A DNA stretch of 64,000 nt from an uncultured delta proteobacterium. GTDB taxonomy: Bacteria > Myxococcota_A > Polyangia > Fen-1088. The notes under the pieces were generated by a model. It had not been told where the DNA came from. It saw nothing but the letters and a program-made list of their open reading frames with translations, and did no database searches. This document shows, piece after piece, positions 60,374 to 64,000 of the stretch. How positions within the stretch are numbered: position 1 is the first letter of the stretch; every line of letters begins with the position of its first letter. The stretch covers positions 176,457 to 240,456 of the forward strand of contig CAWCMR010000022.1 of assembly GCA_963796685.1 (NCBI GenBank), read 5' to 3'. Both the position numbers and the translations under genes were made by a program.

Positions 60374-62440
60374 ATGGACCACGATGATGTGCTGGAGGCA
60401 AATCGCTCTGCCTTTGAGCGGAACTTCAAGATACAGGATCTCTCCGGTGCGGACATTCTCCGCTTCCTGGCTGCATCCGAGGTGGAAGCCACATGGATTC
60501 GCGCCTTTCAGGACGGTAAGGTGTGGGCTCTCGTCGCCAAGGCCAAGTCGAAGCCCCTCGTCGAAGGCCTTGGACTGAATCGTGAGTTCCTGATCCTTAT
60601 TTCATCGTTTGACGACTTCCAACCTCGAACGCTTTCCCTACGCCAGGCAGTAGATTCATCCCTCCAGACACCGGGACGCCTCGACAACATCACAATCGTA
60701 GTGAGTTCTGATCCCGTTCTTCGCGACATCCTTCCAAAGCTCGAAGACCCACGGCAGATCCTCCTCGGGATTGCGCCATCAGAGGTCCTCTCCGCGCTTC
60801 AAGGGGGCCATCCAAGTGAGCGGTTTCGACAGTTCCTTCAGGAACGGCTGTACGCGCGAGACTTCTTCGACCGATCGGGACCGGTCTACGGTGCAGATTT
60901 CTTTGGCAGAGAGAAGACGCTGCAAGACGTGGCGGTACAGCTGAAACGTGGCAGTCATGTAGGATTGTATGGCCTCCGAAAGGTTGGCAAAACCTCGATC
61001 ATCAATGCCCTCCGCGAGCGCCAGGCAACCCTCATACCCGAGGCTCACTTCGTTCACCTTGACCTGCTCTCTGTGACACCGGCGAATCGAAACTATCGGT
61101 TCCTGTACTTCCTGATCGCGACAGAGCTGAAGAAGCTTGGCCTACCCGCGACGTCCGTTCCATCCAATGGACGATTCGACGCAATAGCCGACCTGAATGC
61201 GTTCGAAAGAGGCTTTGACGCCGACCTTCGTGAGGGGCTTGCCAAGCTTCGGGAGCGAGGGCAGCGTCTCGTCCTCATCCTCGATGAAATAGAGCGGCTG
61301 TTTCCGGCTCTAGACGTGCGCACTGGGTTTGACGGCTACGATGCGTTCCTGGAGTACGTCCGCGGTCTATCCCAGTCCGCCGGTCCCTTGTCGCTGATGG
61401 TCGTTGGCGTAAATCCTCACGTATCCGAAGCCGAGCTTCTCGGAAATCGCCAGAATCCAATGTTCGGCTTCTTCGTTACTCGGTACGCTCCGCCAATGTC
61501 CGCCGAAGAGGTTAACGAAATGGTCAAGACCCTCGGAAGATCTTCCGGGGCCCACTTTGATCATGAGGCGATCACCCTGATGCATTCGTATCTCGGTGGC
61601 CACCCATTCCTTATCCGCCGGTACTGCTCGCTGGTGATCAAGGATAGAACCCGCCCGGCTCAAATATCCCCTACTGACATCGAGAATAATCGGGAGCGAT
61701 TCCTTCGACAAGAGACGAGCCTCTTCGCGGAGATGGTTTCAGTAGTTAAGGATTTTTATCCGGAGGAGTTCAGCGCGCTCCATCGAATTGCGACCGGGGA
61801 CCACCTTAATGCCAGCCACTTCAACCGCAGAATCGTCGCACACCTTGAGGGATACCAGCTTGTCGAGGAGAGCGGCGGCAAGCTCGAGATGCGATACCGC
61901 CTTATGAAGGATTGGATGCTCGGTGTCAGCAGAAGAGTAGCATCTGAGGTGAGCAAGCCCCTCGTCTCGTTTGGTAGCGAGCGCGATGACGCTGGCCCTA
62001 ATACAATCGACCACGAATTGATCGCCGACACAATCAAGGAGCTGGAACTTTCGCTGCGAGGCAAGATTCGTCAGGTCCTTGAGGAGCGCTACGCCGGGAA
62101 GGCTGACCAACGCGTTGAACTGGCAATTGGCGCGGATGCTTTGACCATGGCCCAGGAACGGCTCGCTAGATCGTTGCGCTTTCGTCCGGCTTCGGACAGC
62201 TCGACCTCTGAAATACTCGAGTTCCTGTACATCGGTGATCTCGAGCGAATTATCTGTGGGAACGAATGGCAGCACTTTCGAGAAATCTTTGGCGACAAGA
62301 AGGAAACGCAGAGAAATCTCCAGATCGCTGCGGGATGTCGGACCGAGGTGCAACACTTTCGGACACTACCAAGGCGCGAGTGCGCAAAGGCATGGGTCGC
62401 AGCATCCGAACTACTCGACAAGGTTGGGAATGATGGGTGA
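60374..62440 (+). CDS. STAND/AAA ATPase with winged helix and C-terminal HEPN-like domain, cassette 5
   Basis: FFGRE, GLRKVGKT, LVLILDEIE, GGHPFL; C-terminal LEFLYIGDL..W..F..R-TEVQ-H; start could be 60254 or 60302. Confidence 0.8.
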   Translation: MDHDDVLEANRSAFERNFKIQDLSGADILRFLAASEVEATWIRAFQDGKVWALVAKAKSKPLVEGLGLNREFLILISSFDDFQPRTLSLRQAVDSSLQTPGRLDNITIVVSSDPVLRDILPKLEDPRQILLGIAPSEVLSALQGGHPSERFRQFLQERLYARDFFDRSGPVYGADFFGREKTLQDVAVQLKRGSHVGLYGLRKVGKTSIINALRERQATLIPEAHFVHLDLLSVTPANRNYRFLYFLIATELKKLGLPATSVPSNGRFDAIADLNAFERGFDADLREGLAKLRERGQRLVLILDEIERLFPALDVRTGFDGYDAFLEYVRGLSQSAGPLSLMVVGVNPHVSEAELLGNRQNPMFGFFVTRYAPPMSAEEVNEMVKTLGRSSGAHFDHEAITLMHSYLGGHPFLIRRYCSLVIKDRTRPAQISPTDIENNRERFLRQETSLFAEMVSVVKDFYPEEFSALHRIATGDHLNASHFNRRIVAHLEGYQLVEESGGKLEMRYRLMKDWMLGVSRRVASEVSKPLVSFGSERDDAGPNTIDHELIADTIKELELSLRGKIRQVLEERYAGKADQRVELAIGADALTMAQERLARSLRFRPASDSSTSEILEFLYIGDLERIICGNEWQHFREIFGDKKETQRNLQIAAGCRTEVQHFRTLPRRECAKAWVAASELLDKVGNDG

Positions 62441-62447
62441 GGCCGCC

Positions 62448-62518
62448 GCCGAACAAGGCGTTGCACCCGACGATCGGCCGCGGACGGCCGCTCGCGGGTG
62501 AACGCCAACGCGTTCGGC
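62448..62518 (+). other. attC site 5 (71 bp)
   Basis: GCCGAAC...GTTCGGC. Confidence 0.92.
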
Positions 62519-62531
62519 AGACCAGGCTCCC

Positions 62532-62601
62532 ATGACAGGCAGTAGAAACCTTTGGCGCTTTCTTGGTGTTGCCCTCGTCGCCGTCGGCATCGTACTAGCC
62601 C
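62532..62601 (+). pseudogene. 5' end of the cassette 6 ORF (hydrophobic N-terminus), interrupted by IS4
   Basis: MTGSRNLWRFLGVALVAVGIVLA runs into the IS terminal repeat. Confidence 0.5.
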
Positions 62602-64000
62602 CAATGCCAGTCGGTTAAGCATTTGAAGGCCGTTTTCTCGGGAAATTGCTCATTTTGATCTTCACGGCCCGTGGATATCTGCGGGCCGTGCGCCGCTCTG
62701 GGAGAACAAGGCTGGTGAAGAGCTCTCGCATGGTCTTGAGGCGAGTAGGCAAAGCGCCGGGCGAGGCGAGCGCACACCATGACCAGGTGTCACAGATGAT
62801 CCGAAGTGACGTGACGAAGCTGATGCGGGTGGGCTCGACGCCGAAATCGTCGGCAGTCCTTTCCATTTCGAGGCGAATCAAGTTGTACGCGAGAAGAATG
62901 CCCCACAATTCCTGCTCGACGCCAGCGACGCTGCGGCAGCGGATGCTTTCGAGACGGTCGAGCATATCGGTCTTGATTTCGCCATAGCCCAGTTCCAGCT
63001 CCCAGCGCTCGTGATAAAGGCGGGCGACCTCGGCAGCGGGGAAGGCGTCGGGGTCGAGCATCGAGGTGAGCACGATCTGAGGACGGAATCCCTTCACCTG
63101 GTAGGTGATCGCACGTGCCAGATAGGTCGCTGGCAAACTTGGGTCCTGCTTTCGCGCCTCGCGCGAAACCGTCAACTCGACCAGGTCGTCGTTCTTCCCG
63201 AGGTGCTCCACGACGCGCCATTTTGTGGTCGACTTGGCGCGAGTCAGCCAATGGCGATTCTTTCCATCGCGGGCCAGCGGCACCAGGATTCCGGCTGCCA
63301 GGAAGCCGCGGTCGACCATCACCAGCGCATTGTCCGGCACGGCTCGCCACAGAAACGCGCTCAGCGTGATTTCACTGTCTTCGTAGGGGCCGAATTCGGC
63401 GGCCACCAGAATGTGCGAACGCAACGCCATCAACGCGGCGATTCGAACCAGCGGATAGCCACTGTCGCCTCGGTCGCCTCGGGTTCCACCGAAATGAGCG
63501 CGATTTTCCGGAGAGTCTGCCACGCGAAGCGTGGACCCATCCACACCGTAGAGCGCCAGGCCTCTCCATGCGTGCTTGCGCGCGCTCTCGTGGCCCCACT
63601 TCTGAGCGCTCATCTCGAAGATCCGTTCCAGCGGCTCGGCACCAACGCGCGCCCGAGCCTCAGCGACCGTGCTGGGAACAACCGTTGCTCGTGGTCCAGG
63701 CAGAACCAAATTCAGCTTCCCAACCAAGTCCGCAATAGGCCACTTCCGAAACATGGCCATTCCAATCACCAGCCACACCACCTGGTCGGCCGGAAGCCGT
63801 CGCTTTCGCACCGTGGCTGTTCCAGTCGCCGCCAGAGCCTCGGCCACCCACGCAGGGTCAATGTGCTGCCTGATGCTCTCGAACTGCTCGGGCGCCGTGA
63901 ATACGCTTACCGTCTTGAGGGAACTATCCAGATGCATGACCTTCTCCATCGAAGATCGATGCATGGTGACTTCGCTTCTTGCCTAAAGGCAAGAAGCGAA
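62602..64000 (-). mobile_element. IS4-family insertion sequence; its other end lies beyond the window
   Basis: Terminal repeat CAATGCCAGTCGGTTAAG resembles the IS4 end; subterminal hairpin at 63971-64000. Confidence 0.88.
62615..63937 (-). CDS. IS4-family DDE transposase
   Basis: VRKRRLP, VDGS, VDRGF, YHERWELELGYGEIK (YREK motif). Confidence 0.95.
   Translation of the reverse strand: MHLDSSLKTVSVFTAPEQFESIRQHIDPAWVAEALAATGTATVRKRRLPADQVVWLVIGMAMFRKWPIADLVGKLNLVLPGPRATVVPSTVAEARARVGAEPLERIFEMSAQKWGHESARKHAWRGLALYGVDGSTLRVADSPENRAHFGGTRGDRGDSGYPLVRIAALMALRSHILVAAEFGPYEDSEITLSAFLWRAVPDNALVMVDRGFLAAGILVPLARDGKNRHWLTRAKSTTKWRVVEHLGKNDDLVELTVSREARKQDPSLPATYLARAITYQVKGFRPQIVLTSMLDPDAFPAAEVARLYHERWELELGYGEIKTDMLDRLESIRCRSVAGVEQELWGILLAYNLIRLEMERTADDFGVEPTRISFVTSLRIICDTWSWCALASPGALPTRLKTMRELFTSLVLPERRTARRYPRAVKIKMSNFPRKRPSNA

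Noticed and set aside
57873-62518. attC repeats read as CRISPR repeats or terminators
   Set aside because: Gene-sized spacing, R/L box structure and the adjacent intI identify them as attC sites

Overview
High-GC bacterial chromosome window. Gene content suggests Myxococcota/Polyangia (FHA-GAF-sigma54 activator, Ser/Thr kinase-AAA, caspase-like protease, Gly-rich lipoproteins); this assignment is inference. The first 55 kb is mostly chromosomal backbone: an ECF sigma/zinc anti-sigma/caspase/VKOR-DsbA/OmpA/TlpA cluster, an MFS pump, sahR-metH, PBP1A, an isolated FleQ-like/fliA/flgM regulatory cassette, crcB, a partial complex I operon (nuoEF fused, J, K, L, M, N; NuoL carries a C-terminal PKD-like domain), ctpA and uvrC, plus several REP-like repeats and gene remnants. 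The last 8 kb is a complete 'inverted' integron. intI is transcribed toward the array and has a sigma54-type promoter. It is followed by an attI site (57222-57240) and five attC sites whose core and inverse-core sequences chain correctly. The cassettes carry an inverted DinB gene, a DUF697-type GTPase, a RHH/MazF toxin-antitoxin pair, a gene-less cassette with a 167-bp attC, and a STAND-ATPase-HEPN protein (candidate anti-phage effector). A sixth cassette is interrupted by an IS4 element. Several single-base frameshifts may be assembly errors. All calls come from reading motifs by eye; no searches were run.
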